This document shows positions 1 to 13,233 of a DNA stretch of 60,879 bases, in pieces (position 1 is the stretch's first letter; each line of letters begins with the position of its first letter). The DNA is taken from contig JAHLWZ010000883.1 in assembly GCA_020536535.1 (NCBI GenBank), forward strand, positions 1 through 60,879, in the 5' to 3' direction. The stretch is from Pelomyxa schiedti. Its lineage: Eukaryota > Protista > Evosea. Both the position numbers and the translations under genes were made by a program. The notes under the pieces are model-generated. The model made no database searches. It had not been told where the DNA came from and saw only the letters and a list, made by a program, of their open reading frames with translations.

Positions 1-182
1 TGCTACTAGCTAGCTATAGAGTGTGGAGTTTGTGAGAGCAAATTATTATTGAGTTGGAACACATATTTAATGGAAGGAACTGCTGGAATGGAAGGAACAA
101 ACCTTTTGCCAAAATCGGGGAGGATGAGGAGGATGGCGTGGTATTGGAGGCTCTATGTGGTGGCACTGACTGCATATGATGG

Positions 183-357
183 AAGCAAGCAAGCTCTCAG
201 TCTTCGTATTGCACATTTCATTTAAAACTTAACAAACATGAAGTGCCACTTGCCGTTTTTTTCCTCATAAGTAAACACGCTCTCCATAGCGGCGGCTCAG
301 ACTGTTGAAGTGTGAAAAATGCAATGTACAATGGGAAGAATGAGAGCTTGCTTGCTT
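183..357. repeat. Imperfect inverted repeat / fold-back (41-bp arms)
   Basis: 183-223 aagcaagcaagctctcagtcttcgtattgcacatttcattt matches the reverse complement of 317-357 (aagcaagcaagctctcattcttcccattgtacattgcattt) at 36 of 41 positions; the outer 17 bp match perfectly. Confidence 0.85.
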
Positions 358-1867
358 GGTCTATTATACCTTGCGTTTGTTGTTGTCTTTTGGGTGGTAT
401 TTTCTTCGTAGGTAGGATTATGGGATGCGTTGGGGTGCTGCCCAGACACTGCGCCTCATCTTCTTTTCGTGGCGGTTGTGGTGTATTATGATGAAATCCG
501 AGGGGTTTTGTGTTAAATTGATTGCATGTGGGGTAAATATTTTTGTGTTCAAGAAACGTGGTGGCCGTTGTTGGTTGGTTATTGTTGTTGAGCTGGAACG
601 GGTAGCCAAGGTGGCCGTGTGGTAGTGGATGAGTTGATTGTTGCTTGTGCGTGATTGGAGTTCATGAAGGTAGATGTGTTCGAGGCAGCGTGATCATCGT
701 GACGGCGTTGTTCCGTCCTCGCGTGCACGGTCCCATCATCGGGAGTGACTGTGTCCTGCTAAAGATTCGAGTTAGCGAAACCAACACACGTGGGTGAGCA
801 AAACGACGACGAAAACAACGAAGGGGGGAAAAAACGACACGAGAGATCGGTATGTGTACCTGTTTCACATGTGCATCGAGGAGCGATATCGGGTTCGCGT
901 TTCGGCAAAGTAGCCGTCGCTCGCGTGCGTGTCACTTTGGTTGGTTTTGGTTTTGGTTTTGGTTTTGGGTTTGTTAAAATTTTTGGTTTAAATAATCTGG
1001 GGGAGGGATAATTACTGCGAAAAGAAAGGTGACGCCTGCCAAAACGGCAACTGTTACAGTTGCTCCGCCCAGTTGTGCGTACAATTGAATAGACTCTGAG
1101 ACTTACACTGGCAATCACCGCATACTGGTGGGTCTTCCACTTCCGTCAGACTCGGAGATCAGGCTCCAAGGAAGACTGCGGAGTAGATCTTGATCATCAA
1201 GAAAATTCATCGCCCAACAATGTTCCGTAGGTTGTCCAAGCGACGTTCAGCAAGAGCCCGTATGTTACGGTGTGCATGTAGTGCCATGGAGACCGCCGCT
1301 CTGATCGCCACACAGTCAAAGTCGATTGTGGGACCGTGCGTGAATTGTAACCTGGCTAGTGCACGTGTTGGGGGGTGGGGTTGTTGTATGTGGCTATTGC
1401 GTCGCCTCACACCCAGCCACTGTCTCCCGGTGCCTAGGAATTGTGGGGACACACCGCGCCGTGCTCCCACATCGGCCGAGATCGGTGCACCCTCGATTTT
1501 ACGCCAAACTCTCTCAACGAGTTTGTCCCATAATTGGGCCGAAGGGTGGCCATAAATGTACGTTGTGGCTGACGGGACAAACCCACGGCACAATCGCCCG
1601 TTGTTGTCATCGTCACGGTCGTTCGGCGTGGTTTTCCGTTTGTACAGGAATTTAATTACTCGGAAAAGCACTTGCCAGTGATGGTTCATCACGCCCAGCT
1701 CTAGGACGTATGTTGTTGAAGCCAGTCCTCAATCAAACAACAAAGGAAGGAGTTGTACGCACCATTTTGTGGGCAGGTTGTTGGGTTTGTTTGTTACGTC
1801 CAAAAAAAAAACGGTGTAGTACACAATGTTACAAAAAAAGACTAAATGTACAGTCAGAATATGTGAG

Positions 1868-4800
1868 TTACAGTGATGAGGCTGAGGGGTTGTATTCCCA
1901 GATGTTGAGCATTGAATCCCAACCTACGGAAACAATGCTGCTCTTGTTGGACCTGTTTGTTTGTGGGGTGTTGGTACCAATTTTGAGAGTTAAATGAGAT
2001 GAACCTCATTGAGGTGATGCGGTCATGGTGACCTCGGAGTGCATGTGGCCTTGCACCTGGTGTTTTTCTGTCCCAGACGGTGACAGAGCCGTCTACACAA
2101 CCGCTCACGATAAATCTAGTTTGGTGTTGGTACAAGAGAAGTTGGCAGGAAACAACTTGCTGGCGAACGGTACGAGATGTGTTGCGGCGGCAGAGTGCCC
2201 CTCTAACGTCGTTGAGTTTACCCATTTATGGGGTTGGCCTTCAAGAGGCGACCAGACCTAAGCGTAACTTGGTTCCGTCCTCATGAAATAGGGGAGAAAA
2301 AACCTTCACAGTCGAGTCGGAACTTGCTGAGTAAATGGTTTGGTTTGTAGAATCCCAGTGTACATCATTAATTGCTCCAGTATGGGACTTGAGTGTGCAA
2401 ACACACTCTTTGGATGCAATATCCCACATCTTTTCTTAACTCAGACACAAATACGAGTGAAGTATGCATACTTTAAGGGTACAATCACTACTTCCACTGA
2501 GCAACATTTGTTTTACTGTCCCTCCAGTAGAAATAGAGGCTTCACTTGTAGTGATGCACTGTACCCAATCGGTGTGGCCTTCAAAAAGTCCATGGACACA
2601 CCCACTTCTTACATTCCAGACACTTTGCAAACCTTAATTTTTGGAAGTAGGATATTTTTTTCCCTTACCCAATTGTTGAGTCTCTGCTGCCACTGGTAAG
2701 CCATTCTCCATCAAAATGGAGACAACATATGCCTCCTTGGTGTCCCTTGTAGCGTGCTACGTTTTTCTTACTCCTGCGCAGGTGAGACTACGAAACATTG
2801 ACAACTTGTAACCTGTAATCCCACATGATTATACTGCGATCAAGAGAAGCACTCAGAATGAAATTATCGGAGAAAAGCAAGCAACTCACAGGACCCTAGA
2901 TGTAATGAATGTACTTCCAGTTACACGAGTTGAATTGTTCTGGCTACCTTATGCCCTTTAAATGTCCTGGAGAGATGAAGTTTGGCAGTGTCCCACGCAA
3001 TGATTGATTTGTCATATGATCCACTAATTATGAGGTTGTTGCCAGGATCACAATCGAGGCAATTTACCCAGTCTACTTCTGGTAAAAAGAAATTACAGAC
3101 ACGGAAGCTAACCTCTGTGCTCGGTAAATGTAGTGATGAGATTTTTGTTTTGTATACTCTTCGAATTGTAAGGGTTTGTTTTGAAAGAAATTCAGTACCC
3201 ATAATTTTACAGTATGGTCACATCCACCAGTGGCAAGTAGTCTTACTGGGTGCTGAATTACACATAATGCCGGTTGTTCGTGAGCTTTAATAGCATGGAG
3301 TGTAAACAATTCTTGGGAAGGTCTGAAAGAAAACAGATTAAGGACACAGAAAATGTTGATGAAAATAGGTCATACCCAGTAAGGGCGTTTGCAGTTTCTA
3401 GTCTTTTTGGCTTTGCTAAAAATTTTCCCATGTTTCTCACTGTTGTCATCCAAGGCTACTACTGGTAAGGAGGAAGTTCCCAAGAACGATTTGTGACCTT
3501 AGCATTGCTGGAATCCATAAATGAGGAGAGGGACAAGCACCATTCACCCGGACGGTTTTGGGAGGAACCAACAGAGACAAATGTGTTCTATGAAATCAAT
3601 TAAAGAAAACCAGCCAAAAGGGGAAAGAGTACTGATCGAAGATCCTCCTTATCGTCCTCCTACAGCAAAAGAAAAAAAAAATGAGGATGAAGAGATTAGT
3701 TCTTTTTGGGTGACACACCACATGAGTATCTTCAACTTTAGCTGGTAAATCTTTTGTCAGAAGTTGTAGCCTGCTGGAGCGCTCCTCGTCTAACGAAGTT
3801 GAGATTCCCATTTTGAACACAAATCTGAATGAAGTTGGTGATTATTTGTTTGTAATTGTGTGCTAGTACTTCTTCAACATGGCAACGGAAACAGATAATT
3901 CATTCATTTTGCACACTGGACGATGTAAGTGACTACTCACGAGCTAAATAAGTTGTTGTAGTTCGGAACTAACCAAGAGAGTTTATCAAGTCAAAAATAG
4001 TGTCCCGCTCTTTTTCAATATAACAAGCTTTTTCCTCTGCTGAAAGACTGTCAATTGCTTGTAATGCAGCCGTGATGTCACTTCTGTACAACTTTTTGCA
4101 CTTGTCAGCAGCTTGATCTGACCGAATAAGTGAGAAAGGTTGCGTGAAAAAATCTGTTTACTGAAGAAGAGTTCTTCCCAAAACATAAGATTTTTCCACA
4201 TTTGATTACTTCTCAGCCGTGCCTGGTCAGAGACATTAGAGATTATACAGAAAAGATGAGAGAGACTGTTAAAAATTCTTCTTGGGAATCTCTAAGGCGA
4301 TGGTAGACAGGTAAAATTTGATCTAGAAATATTTGTACTGTCTCAACATCCTAGAAGGAATTCCGTGACTTTGATCCGGAGTGGTTGCTTCAAACCTTTT
4401 CTTTTACAGCCTCTGAAATTGCAGCAGTAACAAGTTCAACCAACAATTGAAAGCTCTTTTCCGACACTCTGCCAGGAGGATCCTTTTCACGTTATTACGT
4501 TTTAAGAGTAAACACCGATTAACTGATTGGAACTGGCTTGTTATAAGAGATTGGCCAAACGACAGTCTATTGCATTGCTGCTTGAAGCTGTCAATGAGTT
4601 TCGAAGTGTCTAGGAAGGTTCAGATTAAGGTGCTTCTTCATGGTCACTTACCTGTTTGAGAAAAAGGTGGACCCTCGAGAAGGGGATCTTTTCGAAAAAA
4701 ATAGGAGATTGCACTATTTATAAGAGGAAGCACAGAGATAGAACTCTGCAAGGCAGATGAACCTAGAAGCTACTTTAAGAGTGTTTTATGAGAGGGGAAA

Positions 4801-7800
4801 GAAACTGCTTGCACTTGAAGGATCCTCAGATGGTGCAAATCGCATCTAAGGGGAATTACAAACCAATCAGCGGTAGTTGAAGAAAGAACCTTATAACGTG
4901 TGGGAGACCGACTAGAGTATGAAGTGGTTGTAGGTTCATCTGAAAGTATTTGTTTATTCGCCATCTAAGTCCTGAGAAATACCTGCTGCATCTCGCGGCG
5001 GGGGAATTACTATTGGATGCCTGCCATGTCTATTTACAGGAACTCCACTGTGTGTTCTATTTGGTGCAACTGATTCTGCAATTTCCATCAGAGACGGTGA
5101 ATGAACTCCAGATAAAATCCAATCATCGAAGATGTTTGGTTCAAGTCCACAGTGTCCTTCAAGAAAAACGGAGAAGGACTGTGTATCCACAAACCGTTCC
5201 ATGAATTTCTAGTGAAATGATGAGGGTAATCCACGAAAGAAATGATACAGTGCAATCGGGTCTTGATTTGAGGAATGCCTTCTTATCGAATATTGTTAAT
5301 GGCTTCGGGATAATACGAATATACAAGTAGTATTTTTTATAGTCTCTAGTAGAAAATTAGTGTTTCCCCCTTGAAAGATGATCTTCAACTTGAAAACTGA
5401 TGTGAAAAAAGCGAAGAACGCTATTTGGATCAAGTGATTGTCAAAAGAGTTTGGCACTTGTACTGGGAAGATGTTTTCACAATTGCAAATATTTGGTAGA
5501 AGCACTTGGTCCAACTCTGTGTACCAGACTGAGCATAAATAGCCTGAATTTGAATAAGCATACGTTCTCTTAATAAGGTGAATTCAGGTTGTGGCCAACA
5601 GGGCAAAGGTTGGGGTAAAGACAGGGTGCCAGTGTCTAGATTGCATATCACCAGTTCCTGGATGATGTTGGTATGATTTTTGTAAAAAAAATGTTGTGAT
5701 TGTGAGCAAAACCTTTTGTATTTCGGGTTCCCTCTCAGTTAAGTCAGAAGTGACCCCAATTAAGAATGGTGTTGGTGAGCACATGAATCCAGAGAGCTGC
5801 TCTGGAAGTAGTGGCACATAGACGTGGAGCCACTTGAAAGGAAACATTAAAGAAGTGATAGACTCCGCCACAAAAAAAAGGAGTGCACTGTGCCTATTTG
5901 AGTCAATAAGTCTCCCAAATACTGGGTTTTAGAAACTACTTGCTAATAAGAAGAACTTTCTCTTCTAACATCAAGCAGCCAAGGAGTGTTAAAACGGAGT
6001 CAATTTTTAAACACCGGAATAAAAGAAGTAGAGGAGCCTGGAGAGAAAAGAAAAAAAAAGAAATTTAGAAGAAAAAATTTCACAACTCCCGAGATGAGAA
6101 AATGTACATCAATTGCAGGCAAATCACCAATAGGTGGTAAACTAATGGTCATTTCCTGTCCTTGTGTATATTGTATGCATATTGGATGGCGCCCAGGGGT
6201 GGGTGGTGGTACTTGAGAGTGTTACCACAAATTGGAGGGGAAGAGGAGAAAAAAAAAAAAGAAAACCTTTAAACAGTACATGATTTACAAAAATATCAAG
6301 TGGCATAGGTGGGTGAAGGTATGCATTATAAAACATTTTAAGCCACTGCCTTGGAAAAATGAGTGACAAATGTAGAAAGTAATTGTGGAACAGATTATAC
6401 CTGAAAAAAGAATAAAAAGTGTATCTTGAAAAAAGGCAGAAACACTTGGGAACAAAGAATTCGGGAACTGGCTTAGGAGGGGCTTTCCTGAAGTCGAATA
6501 AATAAATAGTTTCACAAAATTTGTGTTTCTACCCCCCATGTTGTATAAGTTCTGTTACAAGTTCCTTTGCGAGTGGCTCGAAAAAAGTAAGACAGGTCAC
6601 ATAGTTTCTGTAATAAATAAGTCTACATACTACTTACTCAAAACAGACCTCCTGCCATCAACCGCCGTCAGTACCACAGTATTTAGAGTTGGTGATGGAC
6701 ATTTTCTGTGCAATTTTACACCTTCCGGGAGACAGAACTTGCAAAAAAGTGAGACGAGGAATGGTAGCAAGGAACCATACTAGCCACAGACCAGCAGAAA
6801 AATCTTTTGCGCTCATTTCAGGATACTGTGTGATGATTGGACTGTAGGTCATACTTAAAGGATCCATTTTTTGCTCTCCTTTCGTTGAGGTCAGACAAAA
6901 AAAAAAAAATGCTCGGGAATAGGGAGGACCTGAATGAAGCCTCTCCTCAAGTTCTGATAAAAAATCGCCATGACTTATTACAAAGAAACAATCAACTAAC
7001 ACCTTCAACAGGCATTCCCTTCAGTTAAAGGGAGAGGGAAGACAAAGCCATACATTTTCACCCTGTGTCCTAGAGCCTCTTAAGTGAATCACAGGCTCTT
7101 TTTGAACAATAGGCCTTACAGTTTCTGAAATTATGTTGATTTGAGTTGCATGTAAAATGGTTCATACTGCTAGTTCGTGGTGGTGTGATAGATTTTGGTG
7201 GTGTGACAGATTTTGGTGGTGTGGAAGTTGGATTTGAGGTTGTATCAGTACTTTCACTATCCACTGGTCTGGACTTGGTTCTATCAGTGCCTTTGTCCTG
7301 GTACAGTATCAGAGAATTACATGAAACGAAATGGAAAGGAAGTCACAGTGGTGGTTGTAGGTGGATCAGTTTCATCAGTAACCGTTGTCAGAGTCCCTGT
7401 AGTTAGTAAACATGATAAGAAGAACAGGGCAAAAAGATAAAACTGACCAGGAGGTTTTTCTGGTACTGGTTCTTTGGGAGGGGGCTTTGTACTTTCAACT
7501 ATCTTTGCCAACCTCAAACCTTATGAAAACATTATATTAGGCCACTCTGCTAGACGCCATTTACCCAAATGAAGGTCTCCAGATACAGGTTGATCTTCTT
7601 TTCTCCTCTTTGAGAGAGGGTACCACTGGTCACGCCTTATTGCTGTAAGATCTTGTATTCGCACTGTTACCTTGTAGTTTTGTTGGTTGCCTGTGTTACT
7701 TCTTATATCTAATAAAGAAGACATGAGGAGGAAGAGGTCTCACAAGTCCCATTGGAACTGCAGTTGACATAATATTGTGATGAAAAACCTCTAATTCAAT

Positions 7801-8293
7801 CTCTCTCGAGGTGTCATCAAGAGGGCTACTCAAAAAGTGAATTGATATTAGGGTATATTTTTTTGTACATTTGAAAGTTTTGGGTCCATACTGGATCCTG
7901 CAGCTCATTAAACCAGTCAATAAACAAAGATGAGGATACCAAGGTTTTCTTTATGTTCTGAGTTTTGAAGCGTTGAGCCTTTTGCCCAATTGGCAAAACA
8001 CACAGAGAGACATAAGGATTTGCGGTGCCTTTCAACCTCGCAGAAAGATTTCTTCCCTCGATAACTTTATGTGTTTTTTGTAGGGTTGGTTTCAACATGA
8101 TATTCAACCTTTGAATATGAGCATTATAATTACCGTCCAAATGAAGCAATCGTTTCTGTGTATTCGACACCGGTGCCACTCCCCCTTGGCTCGGAGACGA
8201 GACTGTAGTAGTGCTTGTAGCTGTGGTAGTTGAGGACGAGGCCGTTGTAGTACTCGTCGTCGGAGTTGGTGTTGGCGTCGTTTGTGATGCCAT
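1868..8293 (-). CDS. C2-DENN-WD40 protein (Rab GEF-like), multi-exon
   Basis: C2: VIEGRNL..ANPYVSL..FKTQNIKKTL/DPVW. DENN: FPFKWLHVYVPLLP..CSPTPFLIGV. dDENN: ERFVDTQSFSVFLE. Several WD40 repeats (GHTDWVQC, SGSYDKSIIAWD, SASSDSTVKV). Spliced last exon ends ..NIWEYNPSASSL* at 1868. Confidence 0.85.
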
Positions 8294-8569
8294 TTGTGTG
8301 GTGTTTGGTGTTATTATGTCCGAAGTGGTTTTTCTTGGTCCTATGACTTCACGGGCAGAGCGGATCTTCGTTTTGCCAACAGAGTCACCTCCGTACTGTG
8401 GAAACAGTGGATCTCTCGTGATTACGGATCTACGGCCTTTGTGCGCTTGCTGTATCGACGCCGATCAAAAAAGACGAAGGGAAAAAAAAAAAAGATTTCC
8501 GGAACTCAAAATAAGAAAATGATTTCGTGCAATGCAGGTTTTTCGATTTAGAAATAGAACAGCGAAAAA

Positions 8570-11500
8570 TTAGCCGTAACCAGTAGTCGTGCTGCGCATT
8601 CCAATGACTGGGTATGTGTAGGTGTCAGGCGCAAGGCAACGAGTGAGAGCATGCAGCCTCTTGGTTATATGCCTGCCATCTGCAGGTGCAAACGGAGACA
8701 TTATGGGTTGCGGAGATGCCGCCGTTGCCGTTGGTGTTGCTGCAGCAGATTCTTCTGTTGATGTCGATTCCGTTGTTTCTGCAGGAGATTCTTCTGTTGT
8801 TTGTGCCGGCGGGGGTGTCTTCTTGCGGCTGAATAGAGACCTCCTTGTCTTTTTTTTTTCCTTCTCCTTGGTCGATTTGGCAGGCGCGGCGGATTTGGAG
8901 GGGGAGGAAGCGGCGGGCTTTGGTGCCACGATCTTGGGTGCGGTGTACAGAAACAGGCACTTGTTTATCGTCGAATCTGGCAGAGCCTCGGGGCTGGCGA
9001 ATTCAGTGGGATCAGAACGCTCGAGCCCGGCGCGGATGCCTTGGCTTCTTTGCTCGTCCATTGAGCGGTGTGCCTCCTGGCTTATCTTTTCCCACTGATT
9101 TATGTTATTTCGGCAGCGGAAAAGAAATTAGGGGTTGCCAAACCTGGTCTGCAATTGGTTTTTGGTAAGTTGTCAAAGCTTGACGGTGGCTAGCTCTTGA
9201 CTCCTCACTTACTATAAACCTAGGTATGAAGCTTAGAATTTTTGCCCCACAAAGTGAGGGAAAAGTACTTGTCAAGAACATTTGCAAGGGCATTCGCAGT
9301 GGAAACCATCATAGGACCACAGTTTGCAACGCTTAGTGTTCTTAGGTGAGTGCATGATGAATCGAATGTAAACTGGTCTACAGGGTAAGGTTCAAAATTC
9401 TGGAGAAGATTAGAAAAGAGCTAAGAAATTGAAATGCACGCACATCCCAAATGGCATATCCCTCTCTGCGCCATGTGAACCATGGTCTCCTCGTCCGCTC
9501 CTCCCCTCTGGCACCATGTTTGAACTCCTTTCCGTGTGGGGTCCTTGAAAATATTAATTTTTTTTAGTCATCTCCTTAATGACAAGTCGAGTCATACTTT
9601 GTTACTTCCACCTTAATAGCTTCAAATCCCTGCAAAGTGATTCCAGTGGAGCCATCGAGATACAATTGTTTAAGAACTGGAGCGTAATTGATAATACCAG
9701 CGACATATTCCCCAGTGATTGTTGTGCAGTTCAATATTCTACATTTCCGCAAGCGGGGAAATTTGGTGTTAATAGCAGATGGCTGTGGAGGTTCCACTGT
9801 GGCTTTGGGCTCGGAAACTACCGTGAAGTCTTCAATGGTGTTACTGAGTGATTGGAGAAAGTTGGTACAAATTGGCTGAAGACTTTCTTGGGGTAGAGCT
9901 GAGACATTGATGTACAATGTAGCAATAGAGGTACACTTGCGGAGTGAGGTGAAAAGCAAAGGAAAGTGGGGAGATGTGAGGCAGGACTGTGACAGTTCAA
10001 GAGATAGAGATAGAAGTTGAGGTAGCTGCGGAAGGGTGGCATAAATTTGATCAAAGGGAAGTGCTGGATTGGGGTTGGAAGTGAGGCATAGTTTACTTAA
10101 ATGGTTTGTGGGATTGAAATGGAGGAAAGGAACTCGCAAGGAGACTAAATCGCTTGGAAATGAAAATTGCACAAACTCAGCAGGAATCCTAGTGTAACAC
10201 CACTACACAATTTTTAGACCTCAAATGACAAATGCTTTTACCTCAAAAGTTTTCAACTTTGGAAAACTCATAATATGTTGGAACGCAGAGAAACTCAGGG
10301 GAACATCTCCAATGCTGTACACTAGAATTAGTAGATATATATTGAAAGGTGCTCAGTTTACTAAAGGGCCTCAAGGGTTGCTTCAGAGTTTCTGAGTGCA
10401 TCAATTATATTACTCTCCGATAAGTGCGAGCATCCTGCAAGATCCTCAAGATGACGTTAACAGAATGATATCACTTCCCTTTAAATACCAATTCTATGAA
10501 ATGTGCACCCTCAACTGCAAGGGCCTCCAAATTGGAACAGTGTCCAAGTGACAGGTATTTTAGTGCAGTTGACATTATCCTGACATTTCGCAAGCCTTGT
10601 GCATTTTGAATTGAAATAGCTGGGAAGCTGACGTCTAATATGGCACTGTGCAGCCCTGAAGTCCAGTCATCTTTACCATGTGGCAGTGCCAGCTGGGATT
10701 TGATTTTCTTCTGTTCTTTCTCTGCCCTAGTTCCTGAATATAGACTAGGCAACCACAGGCGTTGCTCAGGAATGAATCGGAAGTTAAGTGGGCTGTCATG
10801 GATTTGGAAATCAACTAGAGCCCGGCATCGAATAACAATAGAACCAAGGTCCATTGGTATCTTTACATGTGGGCCAACAGACAGAGTCCGCGCTCCGGGC
10901 ATATTGATTTCCCCAGGTATAATATTTGGGCCTGTGCACAAGCGAAGAGACTTAATAGATGGCATGGAGAAAAGACCAAGGAACAATTTTGGGTCCAACA
11001 TAGTCTCGGTTGTTGTGGTTGCTTCTGTTGGTGTGGGTGTTTCCTCATCTTCTTCGTCTTCAGCTGTTTGGGTGGTTGGGCACACTGTAGGTACTGTTTT
11101 TTTGCAGCACCAGATGGTAACAGTTTCAAGAGCAGGTTGCTTAAGTAAATTCTTGACTTGGTTCAGGTGTTTACATTCTACAATAGAAACTTCTACTAAG
11201 GCACCGTTGGCTGGCAAATGGACCATAGTCAAGTCATCCATGCATTTTAAATTCAAATAAACGAGCATTGAGAGTGCAGAAACTTCGAGTTTGGGTCCCA
11301 CACTTACTGATATTAACTCCAGAGTTGAGATGTTTGTGCAGATTTTTGTGAAGACTGGGGCGATAGTAGCACCATCTAAAATCTGGGCCAAAGATAAATG
11401 AGTCAGACTTAGTTTTGAGAGCTCTGCAATCTTGGTTGCTAGTGCAGTGTTTGGCCTAATGATGTCAGTCTTGTTGAACGTTATATATTATACAACTTAG

Positions 11501-12015
11501 CATCTCTTGAGTGTAAAGAGGAACCCTCACTCATGACTAGTTTCTGTAAACAGCTGCACAATGAGAACTATGGTAAACAAAAGAACTCATACAATGACTT
11601 CGGGCCAGTAGCTTCGATTTCCTCAAGAGGGGTTCGCGCAAGTATAAGCTCACTTAGGCGAACATTTTTATCAACGTTGATGGTATAACGGGAGTATTCA
11701 CCTGATTTGATGTTGTAAAAATTAGAGAAAACTAATACAAATAAGAAGAAACCATCTGTGATTTCCAAACGAGATATGGAAGGTGCTGTTACTGAAATGG
11801 GACTTTTTATTGCTTGGCAATAATTCCAGTAACCAACCGTGAGATTCCTCAACTTCTGGCAGGAGGGTTGCACTGTTTCAAGAATGGAGCCAATTTCCGT
11901 CACATGAGTGACGGCATAAAGAGATTCCAAAGTAGTGGCAAAAGCCAAAATCAAAGGCTTGAATGTTGCTGGAGTTTTACAGTGCCTGCAACCCAACTAA
12001 GCAGCGACTCTCCAG

Positions 12016-12071
<56 letters not shown>

Positions 12072-12911
12072 CACTTACAGTGGAAGCCACAACTGCTTCA
12101 CTGCTGGAACTCCCGCCTTTACTCCATATACTCCAAGTGTAGTGTGCGCATGTAAACTGCGTAACTTGGGACAGCCAGAAAGATTAAGCTAAGGAATGTT
12201 AGAGTAGTGCAGCCAAGGAAAGACAAGCCTGAATTGCAGCTTTTTCATATGTCGGCTGACCATAATAGTCACTCCCCGATTCATAATGGGCTGAACTCAA
12301 ATGAAGAACTTCTAAATTAGGACACCCTAACTCCAAAGACCGATTTCCCTACTATGTGTTTGGGTGGAGAACTTGTCGGAGAAAGTTTACATTGTGAACA
12401 ACGTCGTCACAATCGACACTACAGTCCATTGCCCAGAAATAAATGAGGGATTTGGCAGCAAACTTCCTGGGAATGGTGAATGAGTCCAGTCTCAGAGTCG
12501 TCAAAAAAGGGAAGTGGTTGATTAAAGCATCAATAGAAGCAAGTTTGTGTGCAGATATATGTCGCACTGTCCTGGAAGACAGTCCCAGGGATCCCATGCC
12601 AGCATTAAATCCCGCAGGAAATTGAACAACAGTGTAATTTTGGCGCTAAAGGGAAGAAGTTTACACAAGTAAACACATACCAAATACAAAATAAACAAGC
12701 AAACAAAGGGAGGGGAAAAAAAAAAAAAAAAAAAACAAAAGCTAACCGAAGTAACTGACGTTGCAGAATCGTCTATAACAAGGCGAAGGAGGAAAGGCTG
12801 GCACAGGGCGTATGTGTTGTGGCTGCATAGGGCCAGCTGCAACACGTCGCAGCTGGACAAGTACCGCAACATGAACGTGCACACGTCGTTGTGCTGCAAC
12901 AACACCTCCAT
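8570..12911 (-). CDS. F-box-like / leucine-rich repeat protein, multi-exon
   Basis: N-terminal F-box-like segment (MLRYLSSCDVLQLALCS) followed by many LxxLxL-type repeats across consecutive minus-strand exons, and a low-complexity basic C-terminus. That all exons form one gene is inferred. Confidence 0.65.
12016..12070. repeat. Poly(A) tract, 55 nt (poly-U in an intron of the minus-strand LRR gene)
   Basis: Directly visible homopolymer. Confidence 0.95.
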
Positions 12912-13233
12912 CTCTCACACACCACCCAAGGGTTTGTTTTTTTCTTTTTTGTGTTTCGTGGAGGTCCGCGTTTCGTGGCTGTTGAGGTTTTTCGGTTTCG
13001 GCCGTTGTTCTCGAGTGGGATGGTTCAAATAATCTTAACCAGAGGACTCTGTGGTAGTAACACCGGGTCTGAGTCCTTGTTATTTGCAGGTAATTGGCAT
13101 CCCTCCTCCTTTGGTCATGCAGAGATTCAACAATCACCTCTAATTATTATGATGGCCGAAATTGGGGAAAAGAACAAGACAGAAAAAAAACACAGAAAAC
13201 ACCCAAGAAAAAAAAAAAAGAAACGGTTTTGAC

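Noticed and set aside
938-972. (GGTTTT)n telomere-like repeat
   Set aside because: Only about four units and internal to the window; an ordinary microsatellite.
7898-7939. Possible U12-type intron (donor GTATCCTC)
   Set aside because: No convincing CCTTAAC branch site near the 3' end, and with donors this degenerate a chance match is likely.
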